From Sphaerodactylus townsendi (lineage: Eukaryota): DNA of 64,000 nt. The notes beneath the pieces are model-generated. The model worked only from the letters and a program-made list of their open reading frames with translations. It was not told where the DNA came from and ran no database searches. The DNA lies in contig NC_059427.1 in assembly GCF_021028975.2 (NCBI RefSeq), forward strand, positions 72,416,001 through 72,480,000. The letters are read 5' to 3'. Below, one piece after another: positions 22,730-35,274 of the stretch. The translations under genes and the position numbers were made by a program. The first letter of the stretch is position 1; every line of letters starts with the position of its first letter.

Positions 22730-22960
22730 TCAAGCCACGTAATTGCTAGAGCAAAAGGCTTGCCCTCGCCGAGAGAAACTACAAAGCCCAGCAGCCCTCT
22801 GAACGGAAATGACGCAGACAACAGGAAGCGGGACGGCTCAAACAGAGGCAGGACCGCGTGATAGGTGTAGGAGCCGGAGCGTGAAAGCAGAGGGCAAGTG
22901 CAGGTACGCCGCGCCAGCCCCGTCTGCAGTGCATTACGCCCGCTTCCAACCAAACTGCCA
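22730..22960 (-). promoter_or_regulatory. TMED9 CpG-island promoter
   Basis: CpG-rich. Contains AACTACAAAGCCCAGCAGCC (ZNF143/THAP11 SBS-like, 22777-22796), CGGAAATGACG (ETS-CRE-like, about 22804-22814) and GCCACGT (22734-22740). Confidence 0.6.
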
Positions 22961-23309
22961 ATCAAGCTTCACTATCCTCTGGAGCAGCTGCTGTCTGGTA
23001 TTAGAAATTATTATGATTCTGCACGAGTTAGTATTTCCCTTGTTTATTTTTAAACCCTTCATGTATAAGTACGAAGTATAGGAAATGAAAAACCCCGCGG
23101 CTACAAGAGGATTATCGGTAGTGTAGTGGATTTTGTGATTCCTCCGTTTCTAGCGCAGGTTTGTGATTCCTCCGTTTCTTGGGCAGCTTTGCCTGCAAAT
23201 AAAGTGCAGTAGGAGCTACAAAGCTTTCACATGACAGATGTCCCTACCCCAGTCCCAAGAGTGCCCATCCCCGGGTGACTGGCTTTTTTTGGTAGACTGT
23301 AATTTTGTA

Positions 23310-23429
23310 GACAGCCCCACCTACCTCACAGGGTGTTTGTTGTGAGGGGGGAAGGGCAAGGAGATTGTAAGCCCCTTTGAGTCTCCTGCAGGCGAGAAAG
23401 GGGGGATATAAATCCAAATTCTTCTTCTT
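23310..23429 (+). mobile_element. Squamate SINE 3' part
   Basis: CCCCACCTACCTCACAGGGTGTTTGTTGTGAGG...GATATAAATCCAAA(TTC)n, homologous to the 16884-17171 copy. Confidence 0.65.
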
Positions 23430-24075
23430 TTGCATTAAAAAAAATCAGCTGTGGAATATCAATATTGTTATACTGTTGCAACAATAGGTGTAGCAGATTT
23501 TCTGAATTGCCGGTTTTGGCTTTAAAAAAACCTCTACCCACTTCACTTGTGAAAATATACCTCAAGGCAACAAGCTAGAGACTTTTTAAATGGAAGCTAT
23601 TACTACAATAACATAATATAATATTCTAGTGTAGAGTTTAACAAAAAGTAGAAACTCCTCTGGTGGGGGTGAGAAAAAATGGCTGCCCTATGGATATTGA
23701 TCAGGGAAAATGGCTATCATGTGAAACAGAAAATCTGAACAGCAGCCATCTAGGCTGTACCGCAGCCTTTCCCCAGAACTCTGGAGCAGAGAGCAGGTTT
23801 GAAAAAGACTGGAGAAAAGCCAAGTAATTTTGTAGAGGTGAATGAATGCATCATAATACTGTGGGGAAGCAGGAAAAAAGGTTTTCTCAAAAGAATGAAC
23901 AGTGCAGATAACTAGGATTGTGTGGTGGGGGCAACATCCAGGGAGAAATTTCCTTTTTCCAGGAAATTTTGACTATAGAGTTCCTAGCAATTCCAAAACC
24001 TTGTCTGGAAGTGACAAGGATATCTCTAGCAATCCTTGCTAGAACAACCTTTGTCACTTCTGGATAACTTCAGAA

Positions 24076-24285
24076 TTGTCGAAGGCTTTCACGGCCGGAA
24101 TCACTTGGGTGCTGTGTGGTTTCCAGGCTGTATGGCCGTGTTCTAGCAGCATTCTCTCCCGATGTTTCGCCTGCATCTGTGGCTGGCATGATCCTCTGAA
24201 GATGCCAGCCACAGATGCAGGCGAAACGTCAGGAGAGAATGCTGCTAGAACACGGCCATACAGCCTGGAAACCACACAGCACCCA
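24076..24285. mobile_element. Penelope-like (PLE) derived inverted-repeat element
   Basis: Two roughly 85-nt arms (GGGTGCTGTGTGGTTTCCAGGCTGTATGGCC...ACAGCCTGGAAACCACACAGCACCC) form a near-perfect palindrome. The sequence resembles squamate Penelope pseudo-LTRs. Confidence 0.7.
24192..24234 (+). ncRNA. Minimal type-I hammerhead ribozyme (intact core)
   Basis: tcct-CTGAAGA-T-gcc(agccacagatgca)ggc-GAAA-CG-TC^-agga. Stem I is tcct/agga, stem II is gcc/ggc, and a palindromic ACGT replaces stem III. Predicted GUC cleavage after 24230. Confidence 0.7.
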
Positions 24286-24879
24286 ACTTCAGAATTGTCA
24301 GGAACTTCATGGCCAGAATTTCCAGTAAACAGATAAAGCCCTTATTTTCTTTTTAAGTTTTTCTTCCCAGGAAAATCACCCCAGTTTCTGCCCATTGAGT
24401 GTTGGTGGACATGGGCTGCAATTGTCTGGAGGTCACCTGCCTTCAGTGGGCAAATGGGAACCCTACAGAAAACTTGTGGATGACATCTTTGAGGATGAAT
24501 AGCCTAGACTGGGGGAACACTGTAGCCTAATTTTTTCCTCCCTCTTAATTTTTCTCTATCCCTGTATTCTAATTCAATTCGAATCAGATGGCTAGTTGCC
24601 TTTGCTCCTCATTTTGTACATTTGCTTGAAGTTCAGTAGAATTAATTTATAGCTGGTCCTATGGCTTCTAAGCTTTAAAGTAGACCACTTTGTTACATTT
24701 TTTTTTCAATCTCTCTGGTAAAAGCTGATGCCATTAGACTTGGTGGAGCTATTCTGTACTACTACAAGTATGTTTTATATTATGCCACAGTTTGAGAATC
24801 ATACTACTCAAGAGGAAATTTAGAGCCAAAGCTAACGTCTCTGTTTTCCAGGAATGTGAAGAACAGTAAATATGTTGTA

Positions 24880-25264
24880 TTGTCGAAGGCTTTCACGGCC
24901 AGAATCACTGAGGTGCTGTGTGGTTTCTGGGCTGTATAGCCATGTTCTAGCAACAGTCTCTCCTGATGTTTCACCTGCATCTGTGGATGGCATCTTCAGA
25001 GGATCTGATAGTAGAAAAGGTAAGCAAGTGGAGTATATATACCTGTGAGTAACAATGAAGATAGCAAAGTCAAAAGGTGAGGGCATCTGAATAGAAGTAG
25101 CCTGACCTTTGTTCCCTTTGATTGTATATTGTTTATACTCCACTTGCTTTCCTTTCCTACTGTCAGATCCTCTGAAGATGCCAGCCACAGATGCAGGCGA
25201 AATGTCAGGAGAGAATGCTGCTAGAACACAGCCATACAGCCCGAAAACCACACAGCACCTCAGT
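24880..25264. mobile_element. Penelope-like (PLE) derived inverted-repeat element with two hammerhead motifs
   Basis: Inverted arms of about 130 nt around a spacer of about 95 nt. Hammerhead cores at 24961-25003 (-) and 25168-25210 (+), each with a CpG-decay change in the ACGT palindrome. Confidence 0.7.
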
Positions 25265-25500
25265 AAATTTGTTGTTGTGAAGTGCGAGAAAGTGCATTAG
25301 CATACAAGAGCAGTGAATTGAGGCATTTCTTGATTGAATTCCATCCATGAACACAAGTTTGCAATTTGCTAAAACCCAGCCTAAGCTCCTTAACTATATT
25401 ACATCAAAAGCTCTACGAAAGGCCTCTATAACTGATGCCCCCATTCCCCCCTTTCATCTCCCAAATTATGACAGACCAGCAGCTCAAGTAAATTTTCCAC

Positions 25501-25506
25501 TTTATT
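25501..25506 (-). terminator. Candidate poly(A) signal of LMAN2
   Basis: AATAAA on the minus strand about 780 nt after the LMAN2 stop. Confidence 0.5.
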
Positions 25507-26281
25507 CACACAGCCTTTCATCCACCGATCACCCTGCATACACACCTCTGACGCAGAGCACAATCCTATCACTGGAATCACAACAATGCTTAGTGGGAGA
25601 GATCAGAGCAGGGTCTGAACCTCTGTGAACAAGTTGTGGCACATATTTCACAGTGACTGGGAAAACTTAAGCCCCTTCTCTCCCTTTCCAAAGGCATCAG
25701 TTTCCATCACCAAAAGGGAATTATCAAATTGGATGGTCACCAGTTGTTTTGGCGTAAATTAGTCTCACTCTCTGCTATACAGAAATGGCCAACATTAAAT
25801 ACAAGTTCCAGGGCCAATGAGACAACAAAATACATTCACTTCAAAACACCCACCTTGGGCCTAGGCCAGGCAACTGAATTTCCTCAGCACCTAGGCCGGA
25901 CTAGACAAATACTACTACCTCCATCAGTGAAACATCCAGTAGATTCTACCTGTCAAGCAGAACCATGCCCCAAGGAGAAGGAACATTTGCCACTTCCAAG
26001 CCCTAATCACAGGACTGTAGTCTTTGTTTTTTTTAAAGTGGGTCTGATGTTTTGAACAGCAATCTAAAAGAGGAGGAAAATGGGCTCCACACTGCATTCT
26101 TGATTGTTTGCCACAGGTTGTCTGGCTCATGTGGCCAGGAAAAAACAAAACAAGATATGAAAATAATCCATATATTTCTCCGAAAAGAGCCTTTTAGAAA
26201 TTAGAGTCTATACAATTCCCCCTTCCACCCTCCCCTGTAAAAAAATGCTCCAAAGTGCCCAGAATGTAGCCCAGCTCCCCA

Positions 26282-29200
26282 CTAGTAAAACCTTTTGTTC
26301 CGTTCCTGCCGTTTCTGGAAGACCACAGCACCCACCACAGCACACACAATGATGCCAAGGAGAGCACAGAGTAGTAATAGGAACACCTTCCAGCCCGTCA
26401 AAGGTCCACTACGGAAGTTTCCTGTTGGATCATCCACATTATCTAAAGAGGGGGGGGAAGGGGGGAGAACTTAGGAAAGCATTTCCAACACATATGCTCA
26501 ACAGGAAATGATCTAAGACATTTTTAAGCCATAAAGAAGCCGAAAAACCATGATGATGGGGTTCGGTGATGAGGTTCACCTGATCCTTGCTGATGCAGTA
26601 AAGTGTTTAAATTCCACCATATTGCTACAGTGCTGCTGCCAAAAAAAAAGATTTCTTTACACCTTGATTTACTAAAGTAGGGAGGATGGCTCCCTACTTC
26701 AACTTGCCCAGTTTGGCTGTTTGGATTCCTGCCATGGCAGTCTTGAGACTAGGCTGCAGTAATGCACTCTAGCAGGTACAGAACGACATAGCTCAGTTGT
26801 GACTGGGAGCTAGGTGAAATATGCATATTGCAACTATTCTGCAGGCATTCCATTGGCTACCAGTCAGTTACTGGGTTCACATCTGTACTAGCTATTACAT
26901 ATTAAGCCCTTCGTGGCCTTGGACCCTCATGTATCCAGGCTCATGTTTCATGACATGATCTGTTACAACAGCTTGACTGAATTCAATAGGGCAGAGTTAA
27001 TGGAAACTATGGTTAGGACTACAACTGTTACCCTGGACTTCAAAGAGGACTGCCTAGCAGAAGGCAGCCATATTTTCATTTCAGTCTTTCATGCCAAGCA
27101 TTGAAAATTCATCCTGACTATTTAGCACTTATTGAACAGACAGGGGATGCTCACTTGTATTGGAGGGTGATTTCATAAATGATTCACAGAGCATCGAGAG
27201 ATCCTAGAACTCACCTTTGGGTGACTTGAGGAGGCTGACACTGGGTTCAATCTTTGTCCAATCAATATTCTCTTCTTCTGGTGGATGTTCCACCATCAGC
27301 TGGAACAACTTCATTGAGATGATGTCATGATTGTCTAGAAAACAAAAAGTCAAGTTGCAAAACTGCAGTTAAACATTTGTCTCATGCTTCAGTTCTGAGT
27401 ATGATGGTTGGAGCTAGAGCAGATCATCAGCCTAACCCCATGGTGGCGAACATATGGCACTCCAGATGTTCATGGACTACAATTCCCATCAGCCCCTGCC
27501 AGTCAATTGGCCACACTGGCAGGGGCTGATGGGAACTGTAGTCCATGAACATCTGGAGTGCCACAGGTTCGCCACCACCTAACCCTTAACTATTGGAAGC
27601 CTTCCCGCTCTTTCTAGCCTGGCTAAATACAATAAGGTGGTCAAGTCACACACACACCTTCAGATAGTAAGGCAACACCCTGCAGGAAAGAGATTTGGAA
27701 GTCTTAAGGACTAGAAACACTTCAGGAAAAGCTTATTTGACCTGGCCTAATCTGGCCAGTGGGAGGGGAAAGAGCTGAAACAGTTCTTGGGTAGGAGGAG
27801 GAGGGTCCACCAAGGCAGTCAGAGTTCTCACCTGGGGTCTATTGGTGAGGACCATTTCCATGTGCGGGATTGCAGGCTTCAAGGTAATAGGCACCCTTAA
27901 AACTGTTGCAATGTTTTAAGCTAAAGAGCCTGGCATACAGAGGGAGGGAATGGCATTTTACACTTTTCTTTTGGATCCCTTGCTCAATCTGTTGCCATGC
28001 AGAGGGTATGCATGGAGACATTTCTTCTTAATAAATACTTTTCAATTCTGGTAGAACTCCATTGCTCTGGGCATGCTATTGAAACAGGGCCTGCTGGTCA
28101 GAGTGGGGCCACCACAATAGCACAGAACACTCTATCTGAACACTCTATCTAGAATCCCACATCCAGGCAATGTGGCTAAGTCCATGTTAGCAGCCAAAAA
28201 AACCTCTCACCAGACAGATCTCCTGTACCAGCAGAAGCCCCAAAAAAGTAGCCAGTGGGTAGTCGGACTCCTGCAACATCAAAGCAGTTTTTCCATTCAT
28301 TTTTGTCTTCCACATCAGTCATCACCTACAAAGTAAATGTAATTTTGGATATGAGTGTCAATGAAGCTCTCAGCCACCTAAAAAAAGATCAACACACTTC
28401 AAAATAAAATGGATCAAGTCAACAATATTGGATAAACTAGGCTTGGAAATTCAATACTACTCACTCCACTTTCCACCCCTCAGTGATTGCAAAAGCTGTA
28501 ATAATGAATCAGCTTGGTCACACACACTCATTGTAAAACCTTGTTCGCATACAGCTAAAGCAACTCACAGACATAAATGACAACTTACTGTCAGGCGGCC
28601 CCGAGAATAGCGCACAGCCAAAAACGTGTCATGATTCTGATTACGAAGATCAGCCGTGCAGCCTGCCAACTCTGTCCAGCGGCCATCTTTACTGTGATCA
28701 TAGGTTAGGGATCCATTGTTTACCATGGCAGAAATGTACGGGAATACTCGCTGTATAAGAAATTGTAGATCAGTATCTTTACCATGATGTATGTATCCTA
28801 AATATTTCAGAAATTTCAGAAATTTACATACAGAAGCTTATGTGTGCACTCCACCTGCACATTCCTACTACTATAGAACTTAGCTTACGTAGAAATAGTT
28901 CTCATGACAGCACTTCTCACCTCTGTAGCCTCATTGTTTGGATATGTGTCCAGGAAGATAGCCAAGCCATGGAAGTTATCTTTGCTGCCAAACACAGGGC
29001 CTGAGAGAGGCAAAGCAGAGTAAGATGGAAATTATATTCTTAGGCCTTCAGACATCCAGATTTGCCTAAAGGTCACATCCTTGCTGTTTGTCTGCATCAT
29101 GGATTGACAATCCAAAGTCTGGACATGGTGAACATATTTCCTCTAATCTACTTTTACAAGCAAGGCAAAATTCAATAATGTCCAGAAGCATGGATTCCTG

Positions 29201-31577
29201 CCCTTCTGAGTGGCCACTGCTGGGGTACATTACTCAGGAGCCAGTAGCCTACACCCAGCACAATGCAGGAGCTGTCAGAAAACAGGTAGCTGATTAGAAC
29301 TCTTATAATTCTTGGGGGAGTTTGGGGAAAAACACTGGGCCTTCCTGGTCAGAGGAGTTAAAGGACAGCCAATGAACTATTTTTTGCCTATCATTTTGCA
29401 ACTAGGTTGGAAAGGGCAATGGTGTGGCCTGGAAAAATGATGAACCCTGCTGTACTTCAATTCTGAGGCCTCCACAAAATACTCGGTTATCCTTCCAGCC
29501 TGCAACATTATTGCCCCATGATGGTCTGGTCCACCACTGATAAAACCATATAAATTAGCCCACCAGTTAAAAGCACTTGGATATTTAATCTTTTATAGAA
29601 ATAACATTTCATATTTCAAACATGCAGAGGAAATAACTGGCATGGAACTTGGGAACAGCAACGGCTGTGGAGAGGCATACAAATTATCTGCTGCAGGAAA
29701 GAGTTGATATCATCTAATATATATGGATATACAGTTCAAGTATCTGCTCATTTGTGAATGTACTAAGTGGCCATAGAAGTAAGTTATTATGACAACTTCC
29801 ATTTCACCAGCAAAACAAGAATATAAATCTCAAAAGTTTTTGTTAGAACAAAGGAAATAAAAATAGAGGGGTCATATGCTGCATTTTCTTTAGCTATCAC
29901 CAATATGCACCATGGATAAAGATAACCAAACAACTGACAAGCAAGTTTTGAATACTTTAGCAACACTTTCCACCCAAGTTTCTTAACTTGCTACAAATCC
30001 CTTGTCTAGGCTATATTACATCAAATGGTAATGTGAGCTCATGGAAAGTTCTTACATATAAAAAATCTTTCCACATTTAGAAATACCCTAAACATCTGGG
30101 GAAAAGTTTAAATCACTGTGCTATTGTGGTTTCAGCAAAGTACCTGGAGTAAGGCGCTCCCGGGTGTACCACAGAGCAAATCCATCCCCATGTAGATTCT
30201 TCTTTCCTGTTCCATGGATCTTGAACTGGACATGGAGCTCCCAATCTTTCAAGAAGCAGGGCTGAAAGGCAAAATATAGCAGCTCTTGGAGAAAGTGTCC
30301 CAAAATCCCTTAAATGGAAGACTCACATACTTTTAGTAACTGTACACAGTTTTATTTCAACTAGACAGCTAAAATAGGGAGATAGGCTTCTCTTCTGGTT
30401 ACACTCTACCATTTCCTTCCAGGAAGCAACTACACTTACCACTCGGTTCCAGATAGAACCCTCCTTGCTGCGTTCATCAGGAGTCAGTCGAACGTACTGG
30501 CTAGTCAGCATTGTGCTCCCTTGAAAATCCCACAGAGGCATTGAACTGGAGCCAACTCCTAAAACACAGAGGATGCTACTGAGGCTTTGCTTTGGAGAAG
30601 GACATATTTATCATTAAAACGACACAGATAGCCAGGATTTTCCTTCTGACAGTATTCTCTTTAGCAGAAGTAAATATTTTGTAAACTTGATGGGAATTTG
30701 GAACTAACAAGCTTATAACAAGTTATTTTACTGAGCAACAAACTTTTTTCTGACTCTTAATAAGCTTTGAATCTACCTCTGTCTACAATAGACAAAAATT
30801 GGCCTTCGCTCCAGAGAACAATAGGCATATAACTACTTAAGTAAATAATAAAGTTAGAGACTCTTCCCTATTCCTTTTTACTGGCACTCATTTAATCAAT
30901 ACTGAGTTTTCGTATTCATGATGCAACCTATCATTATCATAATCTTTTTCCCCACAAAGCCAAGAACTCCTGCTACTAACACTGCAGGACTCTTCACACA
31001 AGATCAGGATTACAGTCTGAAACAAGTCCCCTGCCCCATCATTTTACAGGAAGCCCAATGATGAACTCTGGAGAACTCAAAAGACTGTACACTACATTGT
31101 ATCATTTTGATTGGTCTTGGCAAAGACTTTATTTTCTGGAACAGACTGTCCTGAAGATTTAAACCAAGTTTCTAGGTTTGTCTTGAACTTCCTTGGGAAG
31201 AAAGGTGCATAAGATGGCCAGTAGTCTCCTCCGTGGCCAAAGGGTTGTTCTCCCTACTGACTAAAATGGCACGTTCCCGCTGGCTCAAAACAGACTGGAC
31301 TTTAAGAAGGAACGCGAACTAGGTCAAGAGAAGGGAGGAGGGATCACCAGGGTCAGCGCCTGGCCCCACCGCACGCACCCTGGTAGGGCTTGATGAGTGA
31401 ATGCTCCCGTTTCAGATGCTCGCTATTCCCGTCTGTGAGCTCCGCGGTTCCTGGCAGCGCCGACAAGGCCAGGAGGAAGAGGAGGAGAACAAGCAGCAGG
31501 AGCGACAACCGCGGCGGCACCATCCTGGCCGCTGGACTTCGAGCGGATCCACCACCACCTCCCGGACCTACCACCAT
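26282..31577 (-). CDS. LMAN2: Vesicular integral-membrane protein VIP36 (L-type lectin), 357 aa
   Basis: complement(join(26282-26442,27215-27334,28211-28325,28589-28750,28921-29000,30144-30261,30440-30558,31379-31577)), 1074 nt, GT-AG and phase-consistent. Has a signal peptide, EHLKREHSLIKPYQG, LHGDGFALWY, FLDTYPN, GASAGTGDLSDNHD, a TM and the tail NKRFY. The second Met (MVPPR) is an alternative start. Confidence 0.97.
27439..27577. mobile_element. hAT-type palindromic MITE in LMAN2 intron 6
   Basis: Near-perfect palindrome flanked by an 8-bp TSD CCTAACCC (27431-27438 and 27578-27585). Confidence 0.75.
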
Positions 31578-31579
31578 CC

Positions 31580-32120
31580 TACTCCCTCCTGCCTCTCTTC
31601 TTCCTGCTTCCGGTTAGCCCTTGACCCGGATGTAAACCTGAAGCAAGCGGCAACCAGAGACTCAAGAAAGCTTGTCTGTTTGTCTCTATAGCGGAAAAGT
31701 CGCCTCCGACGCTACAGAGACAGGATAAAATGACACACGCCTCCTTTACTTCCGGCGTCGTGGAAAGTCTCGCAGAGCTTTGGTAAAAGGCGTAACATGT
31801 GGATGCTTGCAAGTGGCAGGCCGGGATAGGGTTTCCACAAATCGCTGAACGGGAGGAAATAGCCAGGTTTTCATTAAAGCAAATCCAGCGTTTCTGCCAT
31901 TCCGCCCCCTCAAGTCTGCAGTATTTAGAATGTTAGTTTCGTTTACCACCAACTTCTTAGCCTTATCAATCCATTATGAAAATTTTAAAAAATGTTAAAT
32001 AGTTGGAAATATACCGCACAGTTCATCGCTGTGATCCGAAAGAAAGAAGCTTGCTCGGGGGCGGGGGCGGGGGAACTGAAGAACACGATGGACCTAATTC
32101 ATTGCTGCGATGTAATCACG
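31580..32120 (-). promoter_or_regulatory. LMAN2 CpG-island promoter
   Basis: CpG-rich, with ETS/GABP sites ACTTCCGG (31748-31755) and CTTCCGG (about 31607) and GC boxes GGGGCGGGGGCGGGG (about 32057-32073). Confidence 0.6.
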
Positions 32121-33439
32121 GATGTCTTTTTGCTGTTCTTGCTGTTCTCTCCACTGTCAGTATTTGAAAAATAAAAATAACCAGGAAAAGTGATCTGCAG
32201 ACAAAATAATTAGGACTACTAGGCTGAGTGTGGGAATACAAATCGTTACTGGGTATAGAATGTGCATTGCTTTACAAACAGTATCCTAAATAAAGGAGAT
32301 GCCTGCGCCAAGGAATTTACAGTTCATTTATTTTGCCATAAACTTTCATAAGGCTGAGAGCTCACTTCCTCATAATGAAGGGTTTTTTTCTCCCCAGTTT
32401 CAATACCTGGGTTTTGCCCTATGCACTTTGTGCCAAGACAGTTTATAAAAGTTGGCAAGAAATGTGACTTTGGTTAATTGGGTGAACCTGGAGAATTCCT
32501 GCTGAGCTATAACCCATCCCAGCCTACGTACTTGCTCATATTTCTATATGATAGAATTACATCAAGAGAGAGAACTTAGAAAGATTGCAGGCAATCTGGC
32601 AGACTTTTCTAGACTTTTAGGGAGACTGAGCAGGTCCTATTCCTGGGAGTTCATAAAATGACTAATGAGACTGTGGAATCCTAAAGAGGGTTACACTCTT
32701 TTAAGCTTTTTTACTTTGATGTACCAAGAAGGGTGTAATGGCTTAATTTACTCTCACAACCAGTACTCCGTTTGCTCCCCCTCATTCTTTCTTTTCCTTT
32801 CTCCTTATTTTATTATTGTCCTCTTGGGAGGGTGGGTGGAAAGGGGCAAAATCAGTTATGTGTCTCTTCTTGAAGTGCAAATTTGTTGTGCAATCTGGTT
32901 ACTGAAGAGGACTGTGTTTGATATAAGCATGGTGTTTGTATTCTCGGGGAACAAATCTAAGAATTTCCTATAATGAAAATATTTACACATTTAAATTAGT
33001 TTGTAACCATTAGCCTGAAGAAGAGCTCTGGGGGAAATCAAATGTTTACTTGCTACTTTCTAACATTTTAAATTGAGCTGAACAGTTGTTTCACTACTGT
33101 TGCTTTCTGATTCCCCGCCCCTCCCAAGGGACCAGCACAGCTATTTGCCGTTTTAATCCAAATAATATTGTTTTGCATCTGACACTGATGAGACAAATGT
33201 TGTTGGTATCTTTTTCCAGTACAAGATCTTATGTTTCTCTCCTTGGAGTGACCTTGAATTCTCTTAACTCACCACCAGCCCTTAAGTGGATTATTCTATT
33301 CTCAGGCAATGTCCCTCATTTGAACTTGTCATGCTGTTGTCATCAGAGCCTAGAGGACAGCTTATCAAACCATACTTTTTCCTCACTAGTAGCAGCTCAA
33401 AAATGGATACCAGTCTGGAGACTATAGCCCAGAAATGTG

Positions 33440-33890
33440 CCTCTATTGTGTTTCAGGAAGAAATCTGCCTCTACTGTGTTTCAGGACTCGCCTTAGTAGG
33501 AGATCCTTGATCAGCAAGGACATGCTACGTTGGAGGCAGTGCTGCCAAGATGGGAGAGCTAAGGGGACAAAATAGATTCCTTTACTCCCCTGGCCCCGCC
33601 TGGTAGAACAGGCTCCCAAGGGAGACTTGCAGAGTTTCCGCAGGGCCTGCAAGGCGGACCTGTTCCACCAGGCATTTGGCCAGCCTGGTTAAGTACACTG
33701 CTCCAGTTCCATCTGGCCTCCTGTAGGTGCAGAGGGTGGGGAGGGGGGAAGAAAATGCCGCCATCTGATGTTACGTGGTTCCTGGTTTTATTAAGTGGGG
33801 TTTGAGCTGGTTTTATATTATATTTTAAAGTTATTTTATACTGTGTTTAAAGTTATATTTTATATTTGTTGTTGTTCACCACCCTGAGCT
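33440..33890 (+). mobile_element. L2-like LINE 3' fragment
   Basis: ...GAGTTTCCGCAGGGCCTGCAAGGCGGACCTGTTCCACCAGGCATTTGG followed by an AT-rich tail, resembling squamate L2 3' ends. Confidence 0.45.
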
Positions 33891-35274
33891 CTTCCCCAAA
33901 TAAATGAAATGAGAATTCCAGGAGTTCCTGTCTTCTTGGAAATTCATGGAGCTCAACAGGTCATGTGTTTATTTACTCTGTCTATATCTCATCTTCCTCC
34001 CTTTGGGAATCTAAAAAAAGTTGCATTGTCCTCCTCTCCTGCCTTTTATCCTCAGAACATCCTTGAAAGGTTAGGCAGAGAGTGCATGGCTGGGCCAAGG
34101 TCACCCAGCAAGCTCCTAGAAGTGCAAGAATGAATGTATATACTCCCCTAATTTTCAGGGATTCTTGCATCAGTCAATCACGCAATAGCAGCAATTAAGC
34201 ACATTATGAAGTATTTTCTTGTTTATTTTCTTTTTGTTTTTCTGGTAAAGTTTAGGATATTGGAAGGAACACACAGCTGTTTAGAGACTTCTTAGTGTCA
34301 CTAGATTAATTTATAATCAATTAATTAAAAAGGAATTGGGAATGGAAATAGCAAAGGCCAGGAGTTTTAAAATTCAGTCCTAGTGGTCCAGAGATCTTCA
34401 TGACAATGCAATTGTTGTTTAAAGCAGATTTATTTATTTATTACATTTTTATCTTGCCCTTCCCCCAGACAGCTTAGGATAACATTAATGGGTCCTTCTT
34501 TCTTTTTATGTATACAGGGTTCTCTTTCCCACTTCATCTTGACAAAAATCATGTGAGAAAAATCAGATGGAAAGGTTGTGAATGGCCCAAGATCACTCAC
34601 TAGACTTTACAGCAGAGTACTGATTTGACTCTAGGCCTTCCCAGTCGTAGTCCAGTCCTTTGACTGCTGGCTCCAGGAAAAAAGGGAACATCCAAGATGA
34701 GTCCTGGATTCTGGTAGATCAGCTGATACTATGAAGATGATTGCAAAGTCAACATTCACTATATGTGCTATGACAATATTCCCTTTATGCTTCCTGTTTG
34801 CTCTGGATTTTCATCTCTTCATGTAGGAATTTGGTCACAATCACAGTTCCTAGTTTGTTCCTAAATTAATTCCAGCCTTTCTTCCCAGATTGGGCATTCC
34901 TTTTGGAGGAGACCTGTCTTTTCAGAGTCATCCGACAAATTGTCTGGTAATTAAGTGGCTCAAATAGGCCTTTGTGCCCCTGTAGTACATTCAATCTCTT
35001 AGGTGCATTAACCATGAAGGATGGGATGGTTATTCACTGGTGGGTTTAGCCATTTCAGAAAACTTGAGGAACTGTTTCATGGAATTTAACTGGAGAATGT
35101 AACTTAAATTGAGAAGCTCCAGTGAGTTCTGAGATGTTGTAAAGGCAACTTCTTTTTCTACCCTGGAATCAGTGCTGGATGGTACATTTCCTGTAAATGT
35201 TGTGCACCTCTGGGACTGATGCTGAGGCCTACAGATTCTGTAGAGCCACAACTCCATTCCTGTACTCAGCAGTA

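Noticed and set aside
24054-25300. ORFs 'DPLKMPATDAGETSGENAART...'
   Set aside because: They are translations of the repeated Penelope-derived arms, not host genes.
33015-33050. Additional hammerhead (CTGAAGAAGAGCTC...)
   Set aside because: The GAAA half of the core and stem II are lost, so it is too degenerate.
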